DNA of 64,000 nucleotides from an uncultured delta proteobacterium (GTDB lineage Bacteria; Myxococcota_A; Polyangia; Fen-1088). Every line of letters begins with the position of its first letter. The first letter of the stretch is position 1. A program made the translations under genes and the position numbers. The notes under the pieces were generated by a model. The model was not told the DNA's origin, searched no databases, and saw only the letters and a list, made by a program, of their open reading frames with translations. Where the stretch lies: positions 608,001-672,000 of the forward strand of contig CAVYGB010000010.1 of assembly GCA_963767925.1 (NCBI GenBank), in the 5' to 3' direction. Positions 13,423 to 21,622 of the stretch are shown piece after piece.

Positions 13423-14669
13423 ATCACCGTGCCGTCGGGCACGACGCCGTCCTTGGGGACGATCACGATCCCCTCCCGGATGTAGTAGTGGGCGGCGTCG
13501 CGCTCGCGCACCCGGGCCTCGTTGACGATGCGAACGTTGCGGCCGATGCGGGCGTCCTTGTCGATGATGGCACCCTCGATGATGCTGCCCGAGCCGATGC
13601 CGATGGGGGGCTCACCCGCCGGCAGGCCCCTCATCTGGGCCATGCTCTCGTATTCATCGGCCCCCAGGATCAGGCTGCGCCGGATGCGCACCCCCTCCCC
13701 GATGCGGCTGCGGATGCCGATCACCGAGCTCTCGATCTCGGCCCCCTCGATGAAACAGCCGTCGGCGATGAGGGCCTCGCGCACCTTGAAGGAGCGGGCC
13801 TTGGTGGGAGCCAGGAACCGGGGATGGGTGAAGATGGGACAGCGGGGGTGGTAAAACGAGAAGGCCGGCTCGGGCGTCGTGAGGGCGATGTTGGCGTCGT
13901 AATACGACCGGATGCTGCCGACGTCCTCCCAGTAGCCCTCGAAGACGTAGGCCTGCACGCGCAGCCGCGAAAGCATGGCCGGGATGAGGTGCCGCCCGAA
14001 GTCGATGTTCTTCTCGTTCGAGAGGGCCTCGCGCAGGGCCCGCCGGTTGAAGATGTAGATCCCCATCGAGGCCAGGTAGCCGGGCTCGCGGCCCGGCAGG
14101 GGGGAGACCAGGTCGGGCAGCCGCTCGGCCCCCGGCTTCTCCTCGAAGTGCACGATGCGCCCGTCGGCCGCCATCTTCATGATGCCGAACCCGGCGGTCT
14201 GCTCGGCGGGGACCGCCTTGATGGCCACGGTGGCGTCGGCCTTGCTCTCGCGGTGGACCCGCATCATCTCCCGGAAGTCCATGCGGTAGAGCTGGTCGCC
14301 GCCGAGGATGAGCAGCTCGTCGCAGGCCTCGCGATCCAGGTGGCGCGCCACCTGGCGGACGGCGTCGGCGGTCCCCTGGAACCACTCGCTGCTGTGTTCG
14401 GTCTGCTCGGCGGCCAGCACCTCGACGAAACCCGACGAGAACATGTCGAACTTGTAAGTGTCGCCGATGTGGCTATTGAGGCTCTCCGACTGGTACTGGG
14501 TCAGCACGAAGATGCGCCGGACGTCGGCGTGCAGGCAGTTGCTGACCGCCACGTCGATCAAGCGGTAGGTGCCGCCGATGGGCACCGCCGGCTTGGACCG
14601 GTGCTGGGTCAGCGGGAACAATCGGGTGCCCTTGCCTCCACCGAGAATGACCGCGACGACGTCTTCCAT
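13419..14669 (-). CDS. glgC: Glucose-1-phosphate adenylyltransferase
   Basis: ILGGGKGTRLFPLT, KPAVPIGG, WFQGTADAV, FEEKP, ASMGIYIF, YWEDVG. Confidence 0.96.
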   Translation of the reverse strand: MEDVVAVILGGGKGTRLFPLTQHRSKPAVPIGGTYRLIDVAVSNCLHADVRRIFVLTQYQSESLNSHIGDTYKFDMFSSGFVEVLAAEQTEHSSEWFQGTADAVRQVARHLDREACDELLILGGDQLYRMDFREMMRVHRESKADATVAIKAVPAEQTAGFGIMKMAADGRIVHFEEKPGAERLPDLVSPLPGREPGYLASMGIYIFNRRALREALSNEKNIDFGRHLIPAMLSRLRVQAYVFEGYWEDVGSIRSYYDANIALTTPEPAFSFYHPRCPIFTHPRFLAPTKARSFKVREALIADGCFIEGAEIESSVIGIRSRIGEGVRIRRSLILGADEYESMAQMRGLPAGEPPIGIGSGSIIEGAIIDKDARIGRNVRIVNEARVRERDAAHYYIREGIVIVPKDGVVPDGTVI

Positions 14670-14786
14670 GGCTCGTGCTCCCGGTTTCAATATGGGGAGC
14701 AATACCACGCCGACAAGCCGCCTCGACAGCGGGCCCGCGCCGCCGGTAAAGTCTGCACCGCGCGCGCCAGGGGGAGACACCAGACC

Positions 14787-15872
14787 ATGAACCGCACTCG
14801 ACCGATGGCTCGTTGCTTGCTCGGGATCGCCCTCGCCACCGTCGGGGCCTGTCAAGACGCGCCCGACGGCACCGGCGCGCCACCCCCGCTCGACGCGGCC
14901 GGCGGGGCCGCCGGGAGGGGTGCGGCCGGCGGCGGATCCGCGGGGCGCGGCGGCAGCGCGGGTGGCAGCAGTGGCAGCGCCGGTCCCGGCGGGACCGCGG
15001 GCGCCGCGGCGGGGGCGGGCGGCTCGCCCTCACCCCCCGGCCCACCCCCGGCGGCGTCCGACGCCGGCCGCGGCGATGGCGCCAGCCCCGCCGGCGATGG
15101 CGCGGCCTCCGGCCAGCCCGCGGCCGGGGTGGAGAGCCCCCTGTGCGCGACCGGCGCACCCCTGCCCGCACCCGTCGGGATGCAGACCATCCAGGCCACC
15201 GGCAAGAGCCGCCGCTTCATCGTGCGCGTGCCCCCCGGCTACGACGGCAAACGTCCCTTCCCGGTGCTGTTCTCCTTCCACGGCGCCGGCGGGGGCGCCG
15301 CCGGGTTCGAGAGCGGCGCCTTCGGCGGGGTCAGCCGCATGGCCGGTGACCGGGCCATCCGCGTCTATCCCGACGCGCTCGCGGGGACCTGGGCGCGCGA
15401 CGAGAGCGACGACGTCCTGTTCTTCGACGCCATCCTGGCCTGGATGAAGGAGAAGCTCTGCTTCGACGGGGGCCACCTCTTCACCGCCGGGCAGAGCTCG
15501 GGCGCCTACTTCTCCCACCGCCTCGCCTGTGACCGGGGCCCGATCCTGCGCGCGGTGGCCACCAGCTCGGGCGGCCAGCGCCGCGAGCGTCCCCTGGGGC
15601 CCTGCCAGGCCCCGGCGGCGGTCTGGCTGTCGAACGGGGCCAGCGACAACCCCGGCCACGTCATGGGCACCCAGTGGGCCCGCGACGAGTGGCTCGAGAC
15701 CAACGGGTGCGCCCCCGGCGCCCCCGTGCCCGTCGCCCCCGCCCCCTGCGTCCGTTACCCCGGCTGCCCCGCGGCCTACCCGGTCCACTACTGCCAGCAC
15801 CCCGGCGGGCATCCCCTGCCCGGCTACGCCGCCGGCGGCATCACCGGCTTCCTGTTCGCCCCGGGCCTGTGA
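14787..15872 (+). CDS. Lipoprotein alpha/beta-hydrolase (PHB-depolymerase/feruloyl-esterase-like) with Gly-rich linker
   Basis: Lipobox VGAC, FSFHGAG, GQSSG nucleophile elbow, C-terminal HPGGH. Confidence 0.8.
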   Translation: MNRTRPMARCLLGIALATVGACQDAPDGTGAPPPLDAAGGAAGRGAAGGGSAGRGGSAGGSSGSAGPGGTAGAAAGAGGSPSPPGPPPAASDAGRGDGASPAGDGAASGQPAAGVESPLCATGAPLPAPVGMQTIQATGKSRRFIVRVPPGYDGKRPFPVLFSFHGAGGGAAGFESGAFGGVSRMAGDRAIRVYPDALAGTWARDESDDVLFFDAILAWMKEKLCFDGGHLFTAGQSSGAYFSHRLACDRGPILRAVATSSGGQRRERPLGPCQAPAAVWLSNGASDNPGHVMGTQWARDEWLETNGCAPGAPVPVAPAPCVRYPGCPAAYPVHYCQHPGGHPLPGYAAGGITGFLFAPGL

Positions 15873-15928
15873 CCGGCCTCCCCGCGAGCGGGGCTTGCGT
15901 GGCAGCGGGGCTCTGGCAGCATGCCGGC

Positions 15929-17062
15929 ATGCGCGCGATGGCTGGACCTGCAAGGTTGTCCGGGGCCCCTCTCCTGCTGCTGCTGGCGCTGGGCTGTGCC
16001 CACGGCGCCGCCTCGGCGGCCCACGATCCCGAGGAGGCCAACCGCTGGCGGCGGTCGGTCCCGGTGCTCGACATGCACGGGCACATCGACCCGGACCAGG
16101 TGGAAAAGACGCTGGCCGCGATGGACGCCAGCGGCATCTCCCGCATGGTCAACCTGACCAGCGGCCGCACCCCGCCGCAGTTCGCCGCCGCCAAGCAGAA
16201 GTTCGACGAGAAGGGCCAGGGGCGGTTCGTGCTCTACGCCAACGACGTCTACGCCGCCTTCCCCATCGAGGACCCCGCCTACGCCCGCAAGGTGACCGCC
16301 AACCTCGAGGAGCTGGTCCGCCTGGGGGCCCGGGGCCTCAAGATCTCCAAGACCCTGGGCCTCTACTGGAAGGACGCCGCCGGCAAGATCATCGCCATCG
16401 ACGACCCCCGCCTGCAGCCGATGTGGGAGACCTGCGCCCGCCTCGACCTGCCGGTCTCGATCCACAGCGGCGACCCCAAAGCCTTCTGGCTCCCGGTGGA
16501 CAAGAACAACGAGCGCTATGACGAGCTCGGCGAGCACCCCGACTGGGCCTTCGGCGGGGGCAAGTACCCCTCCCGCGAGGAGGTGCTCCGCCAGCTCGAG
16601 CAGGTGTTGGCGCGCAACCCCCAGGTGACCTTCGTGGGGGTGCACTTCGGCAACGACCCGGAAGACGTCGATCACGTGGCCAGCCTGATCCGGAAGTATC
16701 CCAACTACAACGCCGACATCGCCGCTCGCATCCCCGAGATCGGCCGGCAGCCCCCGGAGAAGCTGCGCAAGCTGTTCATCGAGCTCCAGGACCGCATCCT
16801 GTTCGGCAGCGACTTCATGGTGTTCGCCGACGGCTACATCCTGGGGGCGGGGCCGGTGATCAAGTCGGAGGCCGAGGTGAAGACCTTCTTCGACCGGCAC
16901 TGGCAGTTCCTCGAGACCGACGCCCGTCAGATGGAGCACCCCACCCCGATCCAGGGCCGCTGGAAGATCGACGCCATCGGGCTGCCCCGGGACGTGCTGG
17001 AGAAGATCTACTTTCGCAACGCCGACCGCCTGGTGGTCAACCGGCAGCGGCCGCAGAGCTGA
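15929..17062 (+). CDS. Amidohydrolase_2-family metallohydrolase, predicted lipoprotein
   Basis: Lipobox ALGC, DMHGH, IHSGDP, GVHFG, ILFGSD; start may be 15938. Confidence 0.85.
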   Translation: MRAMAGPARLSGAPLLLLLALGCAHGAASAAHDPEEANRWRRSVPVLDMHGHIDPDQVEKTLAAMDASGISRMVNLTSGRTPPQFAAAKQKFDEKGQGRFVLYANDVYAAFPIEDPAYARKVTANLEELVRLGARGLKISKTLGLYWKDAAGKIIAIDDPRLQPMWETCARLDLPVSIHSGDPKAFWLPVDKNNERYDELGEHPDWAFGGGKYPSREEVLRQLEQVLARNPQVTFVGVHFGNDPEDVDHVASLIRKYPNYNADIAARIPEIGRQPPEKLRKLFIELQDRILFGSDFMVFADGYILGAGPVIKSEAEVKTFFDRHWQFLETDARQMEHPTPIQGRWKIDAIGLPRDVLEKIYFRNADRLVVNRQRPQS

Positions 17063-17109
17063 GCCGCGCGGCGGCTTGTCAGGAGGGCCGGCACCACCCA
17101 CAATGGGCC

Positions 17110-17457
17110 GTGCCTCTTCGTCCGGAGCTGCAGACGATCCTCGACGCCTTGCTGGCGGCCCACCCCGACGGCCTCACGCTCGACGACCTGAGCGACGTGA
17201 CCTGGAACAAGCCCCTCTCCTACGCCGACATCGACGAGCTGATCGGCGCCCTGGAGGAGGCGGGGGTCGACCTCGACAAGTCCGAGCCCCAGCCGCCCCC
17301 CGAGGAGCTGATGAAGGTGCTGGCCGCCGCCCGGGCCCTCACCCGGGAGACCGGCAAGCGCCCCACCGTCGACGAGATCGCCACCCGGGCCGGCCTGACC
17401 GCGCCGACCGTGCTGCGCGCCCTGCGCCTGGGCCGCGCCCTGGGCGCCCCCCGCTGA
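17110..17457 (+). CDS. Small protein resembling sigma70 region 1.1 fused to region 3
   Basis: LTLDDLSD...IDELIGALEEAGVDL and LTRETGKRPTVDEIATRAGL. Confidence 0.65.
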   Translation: MPLRPELQTILDALLAAHPDGLTLDDLSDVTWNKPLSYADIDELIGALEEAGVDLDKSEPQPPPEELMKVLAAARALTRETGKRPTVDEIATRAGLTAPTVLRALRLGRALGAPR

Positions 17458-17472
17458 GGGCAGGCACCCTCC

Positions 17473-17520
17473 GGGGAGAGGGCTCGGGGGAGGGGGCGCA
17501 GTCCGCTGCGCCCTCTTCCC
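17473..17520. repeat. REP-like half element plus GC hairpin between convergent genes
   Basis: GGGGAGAGGG..GGGGGAGGGGGCGCAG-TCCG-CTGCGCCCTCTTCCC. Confidence 0.6.
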
Positions 17521-17527
17521 CGACTTC

Positions 17528-18505
17528 TTACTGCTTGACCCAGTAGCGGACGTTGCGCCAGCGGGTCTCGGAGCGGCTGTTGGTGCCGTAGACCCCGTTC
17601 TTGAAGTGCCACATGCTGCCGCCCTTGTCGGGGAAGCTGCGGGACTCGACGTCGTCGATGTAGACGGTGATCCGGCCGGCGTCGGTGTCGTGGAGGACCT
17701 TGAGGTTGAACCACTTGCCGAAGGCGTCGCTCATGATGAGCGGGCCGTTGCCGGTGCCGAAGTAGTAGCGCAGCGTCTTGTCCGGCCAGGCGGTCAACAT
17801 GAAAGACGTCGGGCTGGGCGTGGTCTGGAAGACCTGCATGATGCAGGTGCGGTTGGCCTCCGCCACGAACACGTCGGCGTCGAACATGTGCTTGCCGGTC
17901 CGGTATTCGGTGGTCCAGCGCATCTCCGTGCGCGGGTCGGTGCCGTTGCCCGGCTGGAACGACGAATCGTTCTCCAGGTTGAACATCGTGTGGGTGTTGG
18001 TTTCCTTGTCGCAGGTGTAACGGGCCGCCAGCGGCTGCGTGTGCGGGCTCTGCAGGCGGAACTCGAACCGGGTCTGGGTGTACCCGGCCGTCAGGGGGCT
18101 ATTGCCGGGAGGGGCCAGGCCGCCGGTGCAGGCGCCCTCGGCCGCCGCGCCGCCGCCATCCACCCCGCCGCCGTCGCCCCTGGGACCGCCGTCGGCCCGA
18201 CCCGCGTCGGCCCGGGCCGCCGTGTCGGCCGCACGTCCGTCGACCGGCCGGGCGCCGCCCGACCCGCCGGTCCCGCCCGTCCCGGCGCTGCCGCCAGAGC
18301 CGCCGCGGCCCGCGCTGCCGCCGGTCCCGGCGCTGCCGCCCGTGCCCCCGGTGCCGCCCCCGCCGGGCTCGTCGCCGCAGCCGATGAGGAGCGCGGAGAC
18401 CGCCACCAGGGCGATCCCGGGCAGGCCATATCCGGTGCGGGCGGGGAGAACGGAGGCCTCGCGGGGCAGGGCCGGCGAGGCGGAGCGGGAAGCGTGGTGG
18501 AGCAT
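17528..18505 (-). CDS. Lipoprotein with polysaccharide lyase family 7-like (citrate-binding-protein-like) domain
   Basis: Lipobox LIGC, GGTGG linker, PRTEMR, IMQVF, HFKNGVYG. Confidence 0.75.
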   Translation of the reverse strand: MLHHASRSASPALPREASVLPARTGYGLPGIALVAVSALLIGCGDEPGGGGTGGTGGSAGTGGSAGRGGSGGSAGTGGTGGSGGARPVDGRAADTAARADAGRADGGPRGDGGGVDGGGAAAEGACTGGLAPPGNSPLTAGYTQTRFEFRLQSPHTQPLAARYTCDKETNTHTMFNLENDSSFQPGNGTDPRTEMRWTTEYRTGKHMFDADVFVAEANRTCIMQVFQTTPSPTSFMLTAWPDKTLRYYFGTGNGPLIMSDAFGKWFNLKVLHDTDAGRITVYIDDVESRSFPDKGGSMWHFKNGVYGTNSRSETRWRNVRYWVKQ

Positions 18506-18606
18506 GTTGGATTCAAAGTGACCTAGGAGCCCCCAACGTCACCGATTTTCGTACATCCTGTCGCTCCGGAACGGCGCGCCGAAGCCGGGTATAATCTCGC
18601 ATCATC

Positions 18607-19626
18607 ATGCCAACCAAGACCCTGGTGACCCTCATCCGCGGCGACGGCATCGGGCCGGAGGTCGTCGATGCGGCCGTCCAGGCCGTCGAGGCCACCGGCG
18701 CCGAGATCGCCTGGGATCCCCAGGAGGCCGGCGCCGGGGCCATCCCCAAGGCCGGCTCCCCCCTGCCCGAGGCCACCCTGGCCTCGATCCGGAGCACCCG
18801 CCTGTGCCTCAAGGGCCCGCTGGCCACCCCGGTCGGCGGCGGCTACCGAAGCGTCAACGTCGCCCTCCGGCAGGAGTTCGACCTCTACGCCAACCTGCGC
18901 CCCGCCCGGACCTACGAGGGCCTGGCCAACCGCTACCAGGACGTCGACCTAATCGTCGTCCGCGAGAACACCCAGGGCGAATACTCCGGCATCGAGCACT
19001 ACATCGACCCCACCCGCAACGCCGCCGAGGCCATCTCGATCATCACCCGGCACGGCTGCGACCGCATCGTGCGCTTCGCCTTCGAGCACGCCCGCGCCAC
19101 CGGGCGCAAGCTGGTCACCCTCGTCCACAAGGCCAACATCCTCAAGATGACCTCCGGCCTCTTCCTCGACACCGGGCGGGAGATCGCCCGCAGCTACCCC
19201 GACATCCAGTGCAACGACCTCATCGTCGACAACTGCGCCATGCAGATGGTGCGCGACCCCTCCCGCTTCGATGTGATAGTCACGACCAACCTGTTCGGCG
19301 ACATCCTCTCGGACCTGGCGGCCGGCCTGGTGGGCGGCCTGGGCCTCGTCACCGGCGGCAACATCGGCGAGCACGCCGCCATCTTCGAGGCGGTCCACGG
19401 CACCGCGCCCGACATCGCCGGCAAGGGGGTGGCCAACCCCACCGCGGTCATGCTGGCGGGGGCCATGTTGCTCGACCGGCTGGGCCAGCGCGAGCGAGGC
19501 CTCCGGCTCGAGGGCGCCATCCGCAAGGTCGTGTCGCAGGGCAAGGACCTCACCCCGGATCTCGGCGGGCAGGGCACCACCCGCGCCTTCACCGAGCGGG
19601 TGATCGGCACGCTTCGCAACGGCTGA
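18607..19626 (+). CDS. Isocitrate/isopropylmalate dehydrogenase family, NAD-IDH-like
   Basis: [51 protein letters not shown]. Confidence 0.92.
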   Translation: MPTKTLVTLIRGDGIGPEVVDAAVQAVEATGAEIAWDPQEAGAGAIPKAGSPLPEATLASIRSTRLCLKGPLATPVGGGYRSVNVALRQEFDLYANLRPARTYEGLANRYQDVDLIVVRENTQGEYSGIEHYIDPTRNAAEAISIITRHGCDRIVRFAFEHARATGRKLVTLVHKANILKMTSGLFLDTGREIARSYPDIQCNDLIVDNCAMQMVRDPSRFDVIVTTNLFGDILSDLAAGLVGGLGLVTGGNIGEHAAIFEAVHGTAPDIAGKGVANPTAVMLAGAMLLDRLGQRERGLRLEGAIRKVVSQGKDLTPDLGGQGTTRAFTERVIGTLRNG

Positions 19627-19701
19627 CCGCGCCCGCGCCTTCGGGCGGCCGTCCGGGAATCCGATCGAGAAACTGGCGCTGCCGGCAGTGGCCGGGCTAA
19701 G

Positions 19702-19717
19702 CTGAACATAGGTTCAG
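19702..19717 (+). promoter_or_regulatory. Putative LexA (SOS) box
   Basis: CTGAAC-ATAG-GTTCAG, 12 nt before the 19730 start; resembles the M. xanthus LexA consensus CTRHAMRYBYGTTCAGS. Confidence 0.75.
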
Positions 19718-19729
19718 TCAGCCCGCCCG

Positions 19730-20554
19730 ATGTCTCCCCGTGACCCCGACATGTTGCGGGCCACCTTCCAGCTCGTCCCCGGGCTGGGGCCGGCCCGGGA
19801 GCGCCGCCTCTGGCAGGCGGGCGTCGTCGACTGGGCGCAGGTCGAGGCGGCCGCCCCGCCCCTGCTGTCCCCCGCGCTGCGCCCCCGGCTGCGGACCGCC
19901 GTCGCCGAGGTGGAGGCCGCGCTGGCGAGCGAAGATCTCGCCAGCCTCGGCGCCGCCCTGCCCTCTGGGGAGCACTGGCGGCTATACGGCGCGTTCGCCC
20001 ACCGGGCGGTCTACCTGGACATCGAGACCGACGTCGAGGCGGGAGTCACCGCGGTGGGGCTGCTCGACGAGGATGGCCCCCGCGTCCTGCTCGCCGGCCG
20101 GGACCTGGCGGCGCTGCCCGAGGCCATCCCCCGCTCCTGCCTGCTCGTCACCTTCAACGGTGCCTGCTTCGATCTGCCCAACCTGGAGCGGGCCTTCCCA
20201 GGCTGGCAGCGGCCCCCGGCCCACGTCGACCTGCGCCCGGCCCTGGGCCGGCTGGGCCACCATGGCGGGCTCAAGTCGATCGAGCGGGCGACGGGCGTGG
20301 GCCGCCCCCTGCACCTGCAGGGGCTGGACGGCCAGGTCGTGAGCTGGATGTGGCGGCACGGCCAGCGCGGCAACGGCAAGGCCCTGCGCCTCTTCGTCGA
20401 ATACAACCTCTACGACACGGTCAACCTGCGCCCGCTGATGGCGATGGCCTACAACCGCCTGGCCGCCGCCACCGGCCTGCCCTGCCGCCCCCTGCCGGTG
20501 CACGAACGCGGCGACGTCCTCTACGACATCTCCAAGCTGCTCCTCGCCCTGTGA
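19730..20554 (+). CDS. RNase H-like (YprB-type) 3'-5' exonuclease with N-terminal HhH-like motif
   Basis: [40 protein letters not shown]. Confidence 0.88.
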   Translation: MSPRDPDMLRATFQLVPGLGPARERRLWQAGVVDWAQVEAAAPPLLSPALRPRLRTAVAEVEAALASEDLASLGAALPSGEHWRLYGAFAHRAVYLDIETDVEAGVTAVGLLDEDGPRVLLAGRDLAALPEAIPRSCLLVTFNGACFDLPNLERAFPGWQRPPAHVDLRPALGRLGHHGGLKSIERATGVGRPLHLQGLDGQVVSWMWRHGQRGNGKALRLFVEYNLYDTVNLRPLMAMAYNRLAAATGLPCRPLPVHERGDVLYDISKLLLAL

Positions 20555-20621
20555 GCCCGCCGGCCGGGAGACCTGTTGCAGAAGGTGGCCGGGTCCCCGC
20601 TGCGTTCGAACCCCGGCTCGG

Positions 20622-21395
20622 CTATCCGAGGGGGCGCTTGAAGCGGGCGGCCAGGGCTTCGGTCTGGCGGGCCAGGATGGCGGCGTCGACCCCCACCGCC
20701 ACGAACAGCGCTCCCAGCTCGAGGTAGCGCCGCAGGCGGGCCTCGTCGGCGAAGAGGATCCCGGGGGCCTTGCCGGCCCGGCGGATGCGGGTGATGGCGT
20801 CCTCGATGGCCGCCTGCACCTCGGGGTGGCCGGGCTCCCCGACGTGTCCCATGTCGGCCGCGAGATCGGCCGGGCCCACGAAGATGCCGTCGACCCCGCT
20901 CACCTCGGCCATCGCCTCGATGCTGGCCAGCGCCTGGCGGGTCTCGACCTGCACGAGCACGCTGATCTCCTCGTGCGCCCGCCGGGCGTAGCCCGGGATC
21001 CGCCCGAAGCCCGAGGCGCGGGTCACGCCCGACACGCCCCGCTTCCCCTCCGGGGGATAGCGGGTGCTGGCCACCGCCTGGCGCGCCTCCTCGGCGTTCT
21101 GCACGTAGGGGATGAGCAGCGACTGCGCCCCGATGTCGAGCAGCCGCTTGATGAGCACGGTGTCGTTCCAGGCCGGCCGCACCACGGCGTGGCCCGGATA
21201 GGCCGCCGCCGCCTGGAGCTGCGACAGCACCATGTCGAGCTCGTTGGGCGAGTGCTCGGTGTCGATGAGCAGCCAGTCGAAGCCCGAGCCGGCCATCACC
21301 TCGACCGCTATCGGGCTGCTCAGGGTGCACCACAGGCCGATCTGGGGCCGGCCCTCGGCGAGCGCGCGTTTGAAGGGGTTGGCGGGCAGGTCCAT
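20622..21395 (-). CDS. hpaI: HpcH/HpaI aldolase
   Basis: [37 protein letters not shown]. Confidence 0.9.
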   Translation of the reverse strand: MDLPANPFKRALAEGRPQIGLWCTLSSPIAVEVMAGSGFDWLLIDTEHSPNELDMVLSQLQAAAAYPGHAVVRPAWNDTVLIKRLLDIGAQSLLIPYVQNAEEARQAVASTRYPPEGKRGVSGVTRASGFGRIPGYARRAHEEISVLVQVETRQALASIEAMAEVSGVDGIFVGPADLAADMGHVGEPGHPEVQAAIEDAITRIRRAGKAPGILFADEARLRRYLELGALFVAVGVDAAILARQTEALAARFKRPLG

Positions 21396-21622
21396 GGGCG
21401 GTCCACCTTGGGCGAAAAGGTGCTTTTCCGGCAAGGGTCTCGGTTTCGGGCGCGTGACGCCGGGGGGTTCGGGCCACTAGAGAGAGCGGCGTGGACGGGA
21501 CCTTACCCGCCAGGCCTAGGTCATATCCACTCGAACGTGATGTGGGTTTCAATACTGTCGAAACCACTTGCCATCATGCGGCGGGTGCCATTTAGTAGCG
21601 CCAACTGGCAGCGAGGGTGAAG

